Positions 38,279-47,524 of a DNA stretch of 64,000 nt are shown here, piece after piece. The stretch spans positions 32,099-96,098 of the forward strand of contig JASMDC010000010.1 in NCBI GenBank assembly GCA_030753015.1, given 5' to 3'. The DNA is from Candidatus Undinarchaeales archaeon. Its GTDB lineage: Archaea; SpSt-1190; JASMDC01. Positions within the stretch are counted from its first letter, which is position 1. Each line of letters starts with the position of its first letter. A program made the translations under genes and the position numbers. The notes under the pieces were generated by a model. It was not told the origin of the DNA, did no database searches, and saw only the letters and a list, made by a program, of their open reading frames with translations.

Positions 38279-38872
38279 TCATCTATCAAAAGGAGCGAGC
38301 AGTCGGTCGAGCGCCTCGGGGGCGGTCGCCCCGTGGAGCTGGTAGCTGTACTCGAAGCTCTTCTGGCCCATACGGTCGTCCAGGCGGATCACGAGCGTGT
38401 CGTCCACCCGGTCGATGTCGATGACTGCGTAGTTGGACGCATCATCACCGTTCGGTGTGAAGCCGTCCACGGACACGTCGAGCGTGTCGGGCGCTATTGC
38501 TGCGTGGAGGCACGCCCCGGCGTTCTCGAGGTAGACGTCCATCCCGGCGAACGAGCCGTCGGGTGCGTAGATCCCGAACACCCGGGCCTCGAAGTGGGAT
38601 CCCTCAACCTTGTGCTCCAGTGTTGCATAGCCCGTGTCGGAGCGGATGTCGTTCCGCACCTCTTCTTTGAGACCGTCCGCCTCGGTGCACGAAGTACGGA
38701 TGACACCGTAGAAATCAGTGCCCGGGGAGACGTACCTTCCCTCCTCGTCAGCGTGCCGCTTGATGACCAGGCGATGGTTCCCCGCTGAAAGGCTCACTTC
38801 GTCGAGACCTAGGGAAGCGTGCTCGTCGAGGTACCCTTCGACCGTGAGGGACAGATGGTCGCCGTACTCCAT
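38279..38872 (-). CDS. Hypothetical acidic protein
   Basis: Host-like codon usage; TTTATAT box upstream. Confidence 0.6.
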   Translation of the reverse strand: MEYGDHLSLTVEGYLDEHASLGLDEVSLSAGNHRLVIKRHADEEGRYVSPGTDFYGVIRTSCTEADGLKEEVRNDIRSDTGYATLEHKVEGSHFEARVFGIYAPDGSFAGMDVYLENAGACLHAAIAPDTLDVSVDGFTPNGDDASNYAVIDIDRVDDTLVIRLDDRMGQKSFEYSYQLHGATAPEALDRLLAPFDR

Positions 38873-39002
38873 GGTCAACGGATACCGCGCCGGAACGACC
38901 GCCATATAAACCTTCTCTTTCGGGCGCCGTTCCCTCTGTTGCGGAGATCTGCACCCCATCCACATTTAAATCCGACCCGGCCCAACCTTCATCGGTATCG
39001 AC

Positions 39003-39824
39003 ATGACCGTTTCCGTTGCCTTCCAGGGCGAGCGCGGCGCCTTCAGCGAGGCGGCAGCTATCAAGTACTTCGGTAACGGAGTGAAGCCCGTGCCGCTGCC
39101 ATCCTTCGAGGAGGTGTTCGCAGCGGTCCACGACGGGCAGTGCGTGTACGGGATCGTCCCCATCGAGAACTCCCTTGCCGGCTCGATCCACCGTAACTAC
39201 GACCTGCTGGTGCGTCACAACCTCCACATAGTGGGCGAGGTGAACCTGCGGATCATCCACTGTCTCATCGTCAATCCCGGCGTCACACTCAAGGAAATCA
39301 AGCGGGTGTATTCCCATCCCCAGGCGCTGGCCCAGTGCGAGGGTTCCATCACCCAGATCGGAGCCGAGCCATTCCCGACCTACGACACCGCGGGCGCGGT
39401 CCGTTTCATCAAGGAGCAGGCCGTCACGGACGGTGCTGCCATCGCCAGCCGACAGGCTGCCGTGGACTGGGAGATGGATGTGCTCCAGGAGGGGATGGAG
39501 GACTGGGGAGAGAACCTCACCCGGTTCCTGGTCCTTTCACCGAAGGAAGAGGTGCCCGAGAGCGATGCAAAGACGTCCATCGTGTTCGCCATGAAGGACG
39601 TGCCTGGGGCCCTGTTCAAGGCACTCTCGGTGTTCGCCCTGCGCGACATCAACCTCACCAAGATCGAATCACGTCCCCTACGAGGACAACCCTGGCAGTA
39701 CCTGTTCTACCTGGACTTCGAGGGGACGATGGCAGAGGAGCGCTGCCAGCGCGCCATCGGCCACCTCGGCGAGATCACAAGCTACTTCCGACTACTGGGA
39801 TCGTACTCTGCGGCGACGGAGTGA
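39003..39824 (+). CDS. pheA: Prephenate dehydratase
   Basis: FQGERGAFSE, VPIENS, SHPQALAQC, NLTRF and NLTKIESRP (ACT domain) motifs. Confidence 0.95.
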   Translation: MTVSVAFQGERGAFSEAAAIKYFGNGVKPVPLPSFEEVFAAVHDGQCVYGIVPIENSLAGSIHRNYDLLVRHNLHIVGEVNLRIIHCLIVNPGVTLKEIKRVYSHPQALAQCEGSITQIGAEPFPTYDTAGAVRFIKEQAVTDGAAIASRQAAVDWEMDVLQEGMEDWGENLTRFLVLSPKEEVPESDAKTSIVFAMKDVPGALFKALSVFALRDINLTKIESRPLRGQPWQYLFYLDFEGTMAEERCQRAIGHLGEITSYFRLLGSYSAATE

Positions 39825-39840
39825 GGTCTAGTCCGCTGCA

Positions 39841-39990
39841 TCAAGGCATTCGTTCTTGAGCCTGGCGAAGGCGAGAGCACGTGCTCGGTTCCCGTTCGGC
39901 TCCGCGCAACGACATGTCGAGCGTATAGGCAAGACCTGCCACGCCGACGACCAGGAGCAGCACCATCGCCGCTACCTGTTTGGGCTCCAT
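39841..39990 (-). CDS. Possible small single-TM protein
   Basis: MEPKQVAAMVLLLVVGVAGLAY with a TATAAAAT box ~25 nt upstream. Confidence 0.35.
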   Translation of the reverse strand: MEPKQVAAMVLLLVVGVAGLAYTLDMSLRGAEREPSTCSRLRQAQERMP

Positions 39991-40093
39991 ACGGTGTCTG
40001 GGAGCGTTCACCATTTTATATTCATCATCGTGCCGCTCCGGATTGGCCGCCTCGCCAAAACGCCTATAAATGTATCCCCACATCCCGCCCCCG

Positions 40094-40771
40094 ATGGTGG
40101 ACCCGCCTGACGGCAAGGACGGATCGGAGGACCTCTACCTCAACGACCTCGCCCAGCCCGCATGCCGTCACGGAACGCCCATGACACGGCCCCAGCTGGC
40201 ACACCGTATCGGCGTGTTCTTCCAGGAAGAGAAGTGGGAGGTGCGCCAGGAAGGGGGCACCACAGGTCCGGAGCACGGGTTCGATCTGCTCCTCAGGAAG
40301 GGACGGCGGGGGGCTGCCGTCACCGTCCTCACCAGTAACTCCCTAAGAGACGTGGACGAGGCCGCACGCCACATCCGAGCGCTCCAGGAACAGCGCCCCC
40401 AGGTGAAGCCGTACCTCGGGATCGACTGCACCCAGTTGACCTCGCTCTTGCGGGGGGACGTCGGAGCGGCCACCCTTGCGTGTGTCGAGGAACTGGGCGC
40501 GGGCATTGTGGCCGTGTCCCCTGATGCCGTGCTCCTTCTGGAGAACGTGGACGACGTTGACTGGCACGACAAGGACTTCTCACATTGCTTTGGATGCCCC
40601 GCATGCGAGGGGTTCGTCATCGATCCATTCGGCTATCTCTTGTTCAGGTTCGGACTGGCCCACGCCATCAAGGCAGTGGGGGCCGAGGAGTTCCAGGCCA
40701 TGACCGGTGTCGACCTCAACATCTCGGTGGAGGACGCCGAGCGGGACCTGGTGGGCGAGCCGGAGGAATAA
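40094..40771 (+). CDS. Restriction-endonuclease-fold (Mrr/PD-(D/E)XK-like) protein with C-terminal Cys cluster
   Basis: FFQEEKWEV...GFDLLLRKG pattern with degenerate ExK; CFGCPAC near the C-terminus. Confidence 0.5.
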   Translation: MVDPPDGKDGSEDLYLNDLAQPACRHGTPMTRPQLAHRIGVFFQEEKWEVRQEGGTTGPEHGFDLLLRKGRRGAAVTVLTSNSLRDVDEAARHIRALQEQRPQVKPYLGIDCTQLTSLLRGDVGAATLACVEELGAGIVAVSPDAVLLLENVDDVDWHDKDFSHCFGCPACEGFVIDPFGYLLFRFGLAHAIKAVGAEEFQAMTGVDLNISVEDAERDLVGEPEE

Positions 40772-40803
40772 CCCTCTTAAGCCTTCACCCGCTATCCTGT
40801 CCC

Positions 40804-42033
40804 ATGGCCGCGGACACCGACATGATCATCCCATCGTACATCGAACGCACCGGTGGCGTGCTGCGGATGGTACCCAACTTCCAGGCCCGGTTCTACCGGG
40901 ACGGTGGCAGGTTCCCGGGCGTGAACCGTGGTGACGGCAGGCCCGTGGACGAGCTGGGGAACTTCGTCGACGAGCGTTGGCTGTTCTCCATCACGCGCAT
41001 CGAGCAGGAGGGAGCTTCTGGCGAGGACGGGCTCAGCACCGTGGCCGATGAGGACGGCAGCCCGCTCTGCACGCTCGACGCTCTCGTACGCGCACACGCC
41101 GACATCATGCTAGGCGCCGACTACGTGGCGGCCCACGGTGGGCCGGGCGTGGCCATCTTCGAGCTGCTGGCAAAGATCCTCGACATAGGTTCACGGCCCG
41201 ACGACCGTATCAACTGTCACATCCATCCGCGAAAGGACGAGGCCTACTACTACCCGCCCATCCGCGGACAGGACGACGTCTATCTGGCCATGGGTTTCTT
41301 CGGGGGCACTCGCGACCGCGTACGGCAGTGCCTCGAGCAGGCCGTGAGCGGAGAGCGGGCGGACAGCATTCTTCATCTCCAGCCCCACTTCCGGCTCAAG
41401 GTGGGGAGCGGATGGCACGTGTACGCCGGGATGCCCCACTCGCCCGTAGGCTACGTGTTCGAGCTCCAGCGGCCTCGCGACGACTTCAGGCTCCTCCAGC
41501 TCTACCACAGGGGCCAGGACAAGCTGTTCGAGCCCGACCTCCTGCTCCGGGGGGACGATGCCGTGGAGGCTGCGATGGCGGACATCGACTGGGCGATGGC
41601 CGAGAGCCCCTACATCTGGCACCTCTTCCACGTCGAGCCCGAGCGCATCGAGGAAACGTCGGTCGCGGGCGTCGTGGAGGAACGATGGGTGTTCAATCCC
41701 GACCGAACACGGCTGTGGAGCGGCAAGGAGGTCGTGCTGGAGCCGGGGAAGACCTACACGTCCCGCGAACAGGGTGCCTACGGCCTCTTCGTGTTCACGG
41801 GGAAGGGCACCGTGGCAGGGCTCGACGTCGCTGCCGGTGATCCGGAGCGGGACGAGCTCTTCGTCTCCCACCGTGCTGGGACGGCAGGGATCGAGGTAAC
41901 CAACACCGGCGACTGTCCGCTCGTGTTCTACACCTTCTTCCCGGCGGACGTGAACACCGCACCCCTGCTGTACGACGATCAGCGGTTCAGGGAATGGATG
42001 GCAGTCACGAGCATCGAGCCCAGAGGCTACTGA
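40804..42033 (+). CDS. Phosphomannose-isomerase-like (class I) cupin protein
   Basis: DERW, LLAKILD, HIHP-KDEAYY, GMPHSP...ELQ metal-binding pattern. Confidence 0.7.
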   Translation: MAADTDMIIPSYIERTGGVLRMVPNFQARFYRDGGRFPGVNRGDGRPVDELGNFVDERWLFSITRIEQEGASGEDGLSTVADEDGSPLCTLDALVRAHADIMLGADYVAAHGGPGVAIFELLAKILDIGSRPDDRINCHIHPRKDEAYYYPPIRGQDDVYLAMGFFGGTRDRVRQCLEQAVSGERADSILHLQPHFRLKVGSGWHVYAGMPHSPVGYVFELQRPRDDFRLLQLYHRGQDKLFEPDLLLRGDDAVEAAMADIDWAMAESPYIWHLFHVEPERIEETSVAGVVEERWVFNPDRTRLWSGKEVVLEPGKTYTSREQGAYGLFVFTGKGTVAGLDVAAGDPERDELFVSHRAGTAGIEVTNTGDCPLVFYTFFPADVNTAPLLYDDQRFREWMAVTSIEPRGY

Positions 42034-42042
42034 CGGCCCGCC

Positions 42043-42321
42043 CTACTCCTCGAAAGAGAACCCAGGGCAGCCAGCATCTTCGAGATCGGTCCCGGTGATC
42101 GGGAAGGCGCGGCATTGGAGCGGTCTGTGCTCGTAGATGGAGCATCCGGTTCCCCCGTCCTCGAGCTCGACGAGGTAGGGGCAGTAGACACCGAGCTTGC
42201 AGCATCGTCCGCATCGCTGGCATGAACCCTTTCTTCTGGCGTGCTGGGACGCGATGAAATCCTTCTTTAGATGGGATTGGTAGAAGCGTCGCACCTTACC
42301 CACCCAGTGTCGAAAGGCCAT
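42043..42321 (-). CDS. YkgJ-family Cys-cluster (Zn/Fe-S) protein
   Basis: CQRCGRCC, CPYL, CSIYEHRPLQCRAFP motifs. Confidence 0.85.
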   Translation of the reverse strand: MAFRHWVGKVRRFYQSHLKKDFIASQHARRKGSCQRCGRCCKLGVYCPYLVELEDGGTGCSIYEHRPLQCRAFPITGTDLEDAGCPGFSFEE

Positions 42322-42346
42322 CCGGCACGCGGCCAACCGCCATCCT

Positions 42347-43636
42347 TTAAGTCGTTTTGCCGGTGCGCTCGCGACACACCCTCTGGAGGTCGGCGTCCTC
42401 GATGTCCTTGCAATTCCCGTCACGATGGAGGCGCCGCGCCACCGCATAGAGGCAAGCATCGCGTCCTGCAGGCGTGGTCGTGAGATCGCACGCCTCGGCC
42501 ATGACGTCGGGGGCCGGGGAGTACACTCGTGCTGCGCGGGATGCCAGGCAGCGCTCGAGCTGGTCACCACGGGCGGAGAGGTCGCAGGTGCGCAGGTACG
42601 TCTCCAGGTCGGACGATGCCCAGGCGCGGTCTATCGCGGTCTCCCGCTCCTCGGGATCGGAGAGGGACCATGCACCGGCCAGGATGGGGGCGGGATCACG
42701 TGGCGGCATCCGTGTGATGGTCTCGAGCACGCAGGCGTCGCGCGACTCGATCAGGTCGAGCATAGCGCACACGTCCAGTGCGCCCTGGGGATCATGGTCG
42801 GCTTGTGCCTTCGCTACCGTCCTGAGACACGTATCCTCATCGTCCAGCTGAAGGCAGACATCGACAGCGCCGCCGGGATCAGCAAGGACGCTGCCCCGGG
42901 CCACGGCCATGAGGCACCGGGCGTCCCCCGAGCACAGACCGATCGTTGCGTTGGGTCCCGCGAACCGGGCCACGACGGGAGCGATACGGAGACGACATGT
43001 CCGTCTGCGTGTGGCGTTGGTGATGGTGTCGCACGCCTCGATTGAGAGCTGGAGGTGGCCCTCCGCGAGCCTGAAGGCGACCGTCTCAAGGCAGGTATCT
43101 GCTTTCGGACCTGCCCGCGTGCACACATCGATTGCCTGGCCGGGGTGAGCATGCTCGAGCACTGCACGCGAGGCGCACTCCATGCACCGGTCCCTGGCCT
43201 CTCCCAGTGGTTCGCACGCGGATGTCGCCTCGGCGGACGGTCGGTCCGCCACGTCCCACACCATGCACGCACACTCTCCACGAGGGACATCGTCGCTGGC
43301 AGTTTCAGTGCAAGCGGTGATACCTTCCTCGATGTTCCATAGTCCTGCTGCCACCCTCCCGGCGGCTTCATGGGAGAACCGGTCCACGCAGATGGGACGC
43401 AGCCCTGCGTGGTCCAGCACCTGGCATGTACGGCCCCACGCGGTCGGGGCCTCTCCGACCAGAGGACGGAGGACATGGTCAAGACACGCGATCGGGTCCG
43501 GATCCAAGGCGCACCGGGACGCGAGCACCCCGAGGGCCGCGGGCGGGCTGATGGAAGCGAACAAACCTGCGACCGCCATCACAAGGGCGAGTAAGCCCAT
43601 CGCTCGTCGTTCACGAGATGACCTGCCCACGGTCAT
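42347..43636 (-). CDS. Secreted or anchored Cys-rich helical repeat protein
   Basis: Hydrophobic N-terminus; recurring paired-Cys units such as ACDTITNATRRRTC and VCAMLDLIESRDAC. Confidence 0.65.
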   Translation of the reverse strand: MTVGRSSRERRAMGLLALVMAVAGLFASISPPAALGVLASRCALDPDPIACLDHVLRPLVGEAPTAWGRTCQVLDHAGLRPICVDRFSHEAAGRVAAGLWNIEEGITACTETASDDVPRGECACMVWDVADRPSAEATSACEPLGEARDRCMECASRAVLEHAHPGQAIDVCTRAGPKADTCLETVAFRLAEGHLQLSIEACDTITNATRRRTCRLRIAPVVARFAGPNATIGLCSGDARCLMAVARGSVLADPGGAVDVCLQLDDEDTCLRTVAKAQADHDPQGALDVCAMLDLIESRDACVLETITRMPPRDPAPILAGAWSLSDPEERETAIDRAWASSDLETYLRTCDLSARGDQLERCLASRAARVYSPAPDVMAEACDLTTTPAGRDACLYAVARRLHRDGNCKDIEDADLQRVCRERTGKTT

Positions 43637-43682
43637 TGGGATGGACGGTAACCTTTTTGAGGTTGGTGGAGGCGGACCGGCC

Positions 43683-44669
43683 TCACGCTCGTTCCGGCAG
43701 AGTGAGCAGGTCGTTGAGCATGGCGGCGGCCGTTTCGTCCCCGCCCGCTCCCCTCCCGATGAGCACCAGTTCCTTGGCCCGTTCCATTCGGAACCTCACG
43801 GCGTTGAGCACACCGGGCACCGCAAGGGCCGAGCCGCGGGGCACGAGCTGCGGGCGCACCTCGAGGCCCTCGGGAGATGCGGAAGCGAGGAGCTTGATGG
43901 TGAAACCCTCGTCCCGCGCGAGCTCCAGTGCCTCGGGAGTGACAGCCGAGATACCGACCCGTGCTACGTCCTCATAGCTCCAGCGTCCGCCGAAGAACGT
44001 GTTGGCCAGGATGACGAGCTTGGCGGCGGCGTCGCCGCCCTCCACGTCGGCGGTGGGATCCGCCTCGGCGTAACCGAGCTCCTGTGCTTTGGCGAGGATG
44101 AGGTCGAAGGAGGCGCCTGTCTCCTCCATCTTGGAGAGGATGTAGTTCGACGTCCCGTTGAGGATGCCGTCCACAGAGAGCACCCGGTCGCCACGCATGC
44201 AGGAGCGAGCCATGGAGAACACGGGCACGGCACCAGCCACCGTTGCCTCGTACCGCACCTCGACACCCTTCTCCCGGGCTGCTTCCATGACACGGGTAAA
44301 GGCAGCGACGAACGGACCTTTTGTGGCGGCCACCACGTCCATACCCAATCCGATGCCGTGGAGGATGTTGGTGAGCCCGGGCTCACCGGTCGTTATGTCG
44401 GTAGGGGTGGCGTCCATGAGAACCGACGCTCTCGCCTCGTCCAGGAGGTGTGGAACGTCCCATTCGCACCAGACAGGTGCTTCCTGCAGGGTGCCCGCCT
44501 CGTGGCGGGCAAGGAGGTCGCTCACGTCGAGTCCCGAAGCGTCGAATAGGCACCCCGTGCTCTTGGCCACACCGACGATGCGCACCTTGTCCGGAGCGCT
44601 TACCGAGATCGCCCGGGCCACGGCACGGCCCACGGTCCCGAACCCTGCGATGACCACGTCCCTGCTCAT
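43683..44669 (-). CDS. hom: Homoserine dehydrogenase
   Basis: GFGTVG, YEATVAGAVP, GILNGTSNYIL, GYAEADPTADVEG, GRGAGG motifs. Confidence 0.95.
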   Translation of the reverse strand: MSRDVVIAGFGTVGRAVARAISVSAPDKVRIVGVAKSTGCLFDASGLDVSDLLARHEAGTLQEAPVWCEWDVPHLLDEARASVLMDATPTDITTGEPGLTNILHGIGLGMDVVAATKGPFVAAFTRVMEAAREKGVEVRYEATVAGAVPVFSMARSCMRGDRVLSVDGILNGTSNYILSKMEETGASFDLILAKAQELGYAEADPTADVEGGDAAAKLVILANTFFGGRWSYEDVARVGISAVTPEALELARDEGFTIKLLASASPEGLEVRPQLVPRGSALAVPGVLNAVRFRMERAKELVLIGRGAGGDETAAAMLNDLLTLPERA

Positions 44670-45154
44670 TGGGCCTCACCTACCAGAAGGAGCTCCTTGC
44701 GCTCGCACACCTGCGCGAGAAGGTCCAGAGAAGCTTCTAGCTGCTCAGGTGATCCCTGGAGAACGAACTTGACGGTGGACACCGACCGCTCGTCGGTGAG
44801 CCGGGAGTCCACCCCCCGGATGAGGGTACCGGGCTCGCGAACGATGTCCATGGTGTTCTTGATGTCCGTGCGGAACACGTGGCCCACGATGATGACGACA
44901 TGTTTCCCGTGGTCGCGGCCCAGCTCGATACCACGCACCGTGATGCCCTGCTCTTCCAGACGCTCGCCGATGGCGGCCAGGCGGCCGGGCTCGACCTGGA
45001 TCTGGAGGCGCACCGGTACCCTGCCCCGCACCATGTGTGCACGGTCATGCACCACGGTCACGACGTTCCCATGTTCAGCGGCCACCGCCTCCAGGATGCG
45101 CACGAGCTCTCCGGGACTGTCCCTAAGCTCGACCTCGATCTCAGCTTCGTTCAT
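44666..45154 (-). CDS. ACT-domain regulatory subunit associated with homoserine dehydrogenase
   Basis: ELRDSPGEL...GNVVTVVHDR and IIVGHV motifs; coupled to hom. Confidence 0.8.
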   Translation of the reverse strand: MNEAEIEVELRDSPGELVRILEAVAAEHGNVVTVVHDRAHMVRGRVPVRLQIQVEPGRLAAIGERLEEQGITVRGIELGRDHGKHVVIIVGHVFRTDIKNTMDIVREPGTLIRGVDSRLTDERSVSTVKFVLQGSPEQLEASLDLLAQVCERKELLLVGEAQ

Positions 45155-46355
45155 GAGCGATCACCTTCCCGATCTCCTCGATATCTGCATCGATCCGCAC
45201 GATGGGGTCAGGATAGCGATCTATGACGATGTTGGGGTCCTTGAGCCCAGTTCCTGTCGTCACGCACACCACCCGCTCGTCAGCACCGATCGTACCCTCC
45301 TCGAGTAGCGCTTCCAGCCCGGCGATGGGCGAGGCTGAAGCGGGCTCCACGAACAGGCCCTCCTGGCGGGCCAACCGTCGCTGTGCCGAGAGGATGGACT
45401 CGTCCGACACCGCAAGAGCCGTGCCGTTAGATTCCTTGATAGCGCGAATGGCCTTTGGCCAGTTCACAGGATTGCCGATGCGGATGGCAGTGGCCAGGGT
45501 CTCGGGTGCGAGAACGGGCGCGAAATCGTCCCGGCCCTCGCGGACCATGGCTGCGATGGGGGCGGCGCCTGCGGCCTGCACCCCGGCCATGCGGGGCAAG
45601 CGGTCGATGATCCCCAGCTCCCTCAGCTCCTTGAGCCCCTTCCAGATGGCCGATATGTTCCCCGCGTTCCCCACGGGCAGCACGATCCAGTCGGGCACTT
45701 CCCATCCAAGCGCCTCGACGACCTCGAACCCGAGCGTCTTCTGACCTTCCAGTCGGTAGGGATTGAGAGAGTTGAGGAGGTAGATGTCGTAGCGGTCGCA
45801 GGCCTCCTTGATCAGTCGCATGGCCACGTCGAACCCGCCCTCGATACCGATGATCTCGGCACCGTGGGCGATGGCCTGTGAGAGCTTACCCTTCGCGATC
45901 TTCTCCACGGGGAGGATGACCAGGCAACGCATCCCGCTGCGAGCGGCGTACGCGGACAGCGACGCCGATGTGTTCCCGGTTGACGCGCACCCCACGAACG
46001 ACGCCCCCAGTTCCCGGGCGACCGTGACCCCCACGGTCATGCCCCGGTCCTTGAAGCTCCCGGTGGGGTTCTCTCCCTCGTTCTTCATCCAGAGGGGGCC
46101 CGAACCCAGCTCCGAGGCCAGACGCTTGCACCGGTGGAGGCCGGTGTTCCCCTCCTCGAGGGAGACGGGCGTGACATCGGGAGCGACGGGGAGCAGTTCA
46201 CGGTACCGCCATACGCCGGGGGGACGGGAGGCGAAGGCCTCTTTCGAGGCGCCGGTGGCCGCCAGGTCGTACCGCACCTCCAGCAGTCCGCCGCAGTCGC
46301 AGGTGTACCGGATACCGTCCGGGATTTCCCTGTCACAGGCGATGCACCTCAGCAT
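45141..46355 (-). CDS. thrC: Threonine synthase
   Basis: N-terminal Cys motif; NPTGSFKDRG, CASTGNTSAS, PVGNAGN, AIRIGNP motifs. Confidence 0.95.
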   Translation of the reverse strand: MLRCIACDREIPDGIRYTCDCGGLLEVRYDLAATGASKEAFASRPPGVWRYRELLPVAPDVTPVSLEEGNTGLHRCKRLASELGSGPLWMKNEGENPTGSFKDRGMTVGVTVARELGASFVGCASTGNTSASLSAYAARSGMRCLVILPVEKIAKGKLSQAIAHGAEIIGIEGGFDVAMRLIKEACDRYDIYLLNSLNPYRLEGQKTLGFEVVEALGWEVPDWIVLPVGNAGNISAIWKGLKELRELGIIDRLPRMAGVQAAGAAPIAAMVREGRDDFAPVLAPETLATAIRIGNPVNWPKAIRAIKESNGTALAVSDESILSAQRRLARQEGLFVEPASASPIAGLEALLEEGTIGADERVVCVTTGTGLKDPNIVIDRYPDPIVRIDADIEEIGKVIAHERS

Positions 46356-47251
46356 GGTTCCACCGATCCCAGCGCGCCCGTGTTCGCGACCTTGGTGCGC
46401 ACGACCTCTGCCTCCATGAGCCGGGCCGCGAGCTCCTCTAGCTCGTTCGGCAGTGGTGGGAAGGGGACGAACACAGATGGTCCCGCGCCGCTGATGGCGA
46501 CGGGGACACCGCGTTCAGCGAGCTCCCTTTTCAGCTCCTCATATCCCGGAATGAGGGTGGTCCGGTAGGGTTCTGCGAGCCGGTCCACCAGAGCCTCCTT
46601 GAACAGCTCGTTGTCCCCCTCCTTGAGCGCCAACACGATGAGCGCAGCGTTGCCGATGTTGGCCACCGCGTCACCGCGGTCGACGCTGTTGGGCACGACC
46701 TTCCGCGCCTCGGCGGTCAGTACCTCGCAGGGTGGGACGAGGAGGGCGAGGGGGAGGTCCACGTCGAACCGTCGCACACGGATAGGCTCGTACCGGACGA
46801 TACAGAACCCGCCCAGCACGCTGGCAGCGACATTGTCGGCGTGGAATCCGGCCACCGCTGCCTCTCCATAGGTAGCTGCCTCCACTACCTGGTCGGGGGA
46901 GAGGATCCCGCCGAGGAGGGCGTTGGCACCCGCAGCAGCAGCCGCTGCACTGGCGGCGCTGGAGCCCATCCCACCGCAGGACCGGATGCCCTTTGTCACC
47001 CGGATGGAGAAACCGGTGGTGGCGTCGCAGAACTCGGCGACCTTTGCGGCAGCGACCGAGGCCGTATTGCGCGCCGGATCGACGGGCAGTGAGGGATCAT
47101 TGGTGACGGCGACGGTCGTGGAGTCGGTGAGCTCCATCTCGACGATATCACCCATTCCCTCGATGGCCAGGGAGAACACGTCGAACCCGGGCCCGACGTT
47201 GGCGACGCTGGCAGGGGCGAACACGCGTACCCGTTCCGGTGTCTCACCCAT
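46349..47251 (-). CDS. thrB: Homoserine kinase
   Basis: PASVANVGPGFDV, GMGSSAAS, HADNVA, ISGAGPS motifs. Confidence 0.95.
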   Translation of the reverse strand: MGETPERVRVFAPASVANVGPGFDVFSLAIEGMGDIVEMELTDSTTVAVTNDPSLPVDPARNTASVAAAKVAEFCDATTGFSIRVTKGIRSCGGMGSSAASAAAAAAGANALLGGILSPDQVVEAATYGEAAVAGFHADNVAASVLGGFCIVRYEPIRVRRFDVDLPLALLVPPCEVLTAEARKVVPNSVDRGDAVANIGNAALIVLALKEGDNELFKEALVDRLAEPYRTTLIPGYEELKRELAERGVPVAISGAGPSVFVPFPPLPNELEELAARLMEAEVVRTKVANTGALGSVEPC

Positions 47252-47264
47252 TCATGCACCCTCC

Positions 47265-47417
47265 CTAGATCTGGTCGTAGTACGTCGCAAGCTCCCAGGG
47301 CGTGACCTGGATGCGGTACTCGTCCCACTGGCGCTGCTGGGCGGCAAGGAGCTTGGTATGGGTGAGCTCGCCCAGCTGCTCCTTGAGCTTCTTGCGGTCC
47401 TTGGTTCCCGTCGCCAT
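47265..47417 (-). CDS. 50-aa protein resembling the C-terminal helices of glutamine synthetase I
   Basis: MATGTKDRKKLKEQLGELTHTKLLAAQQRQWDEYRIQVTPWELATYYDQI; TTTAATAA box ~30 nt upstream; not in the ORF track. Confidence 0.65.
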   Translation of the reverse strand: MATGTKDRKKLKEQLGELTHTKLLAAQQRQWDEYRIQVTPWELATYYDQI

Positions 47418-47524
47418 GATCGGTCGGCAAGGGGGGTCGCATTAACGTTATTAAAGCTATGGCCCGCCGGGTTGGCCGCCCTCCCCCCCCAACGCATTTA
47501 AACCATCGTTGTACATTTGTACAC

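Noticed and set aside
47265-47417. Ribosomal protein L29 or thr attenuator leader peptide
   Set aside because: It lacks L29 motifs and Thr/Ile codon runs; the WDEYRxQVTPWE segment fits the GlnA C-terminus better.
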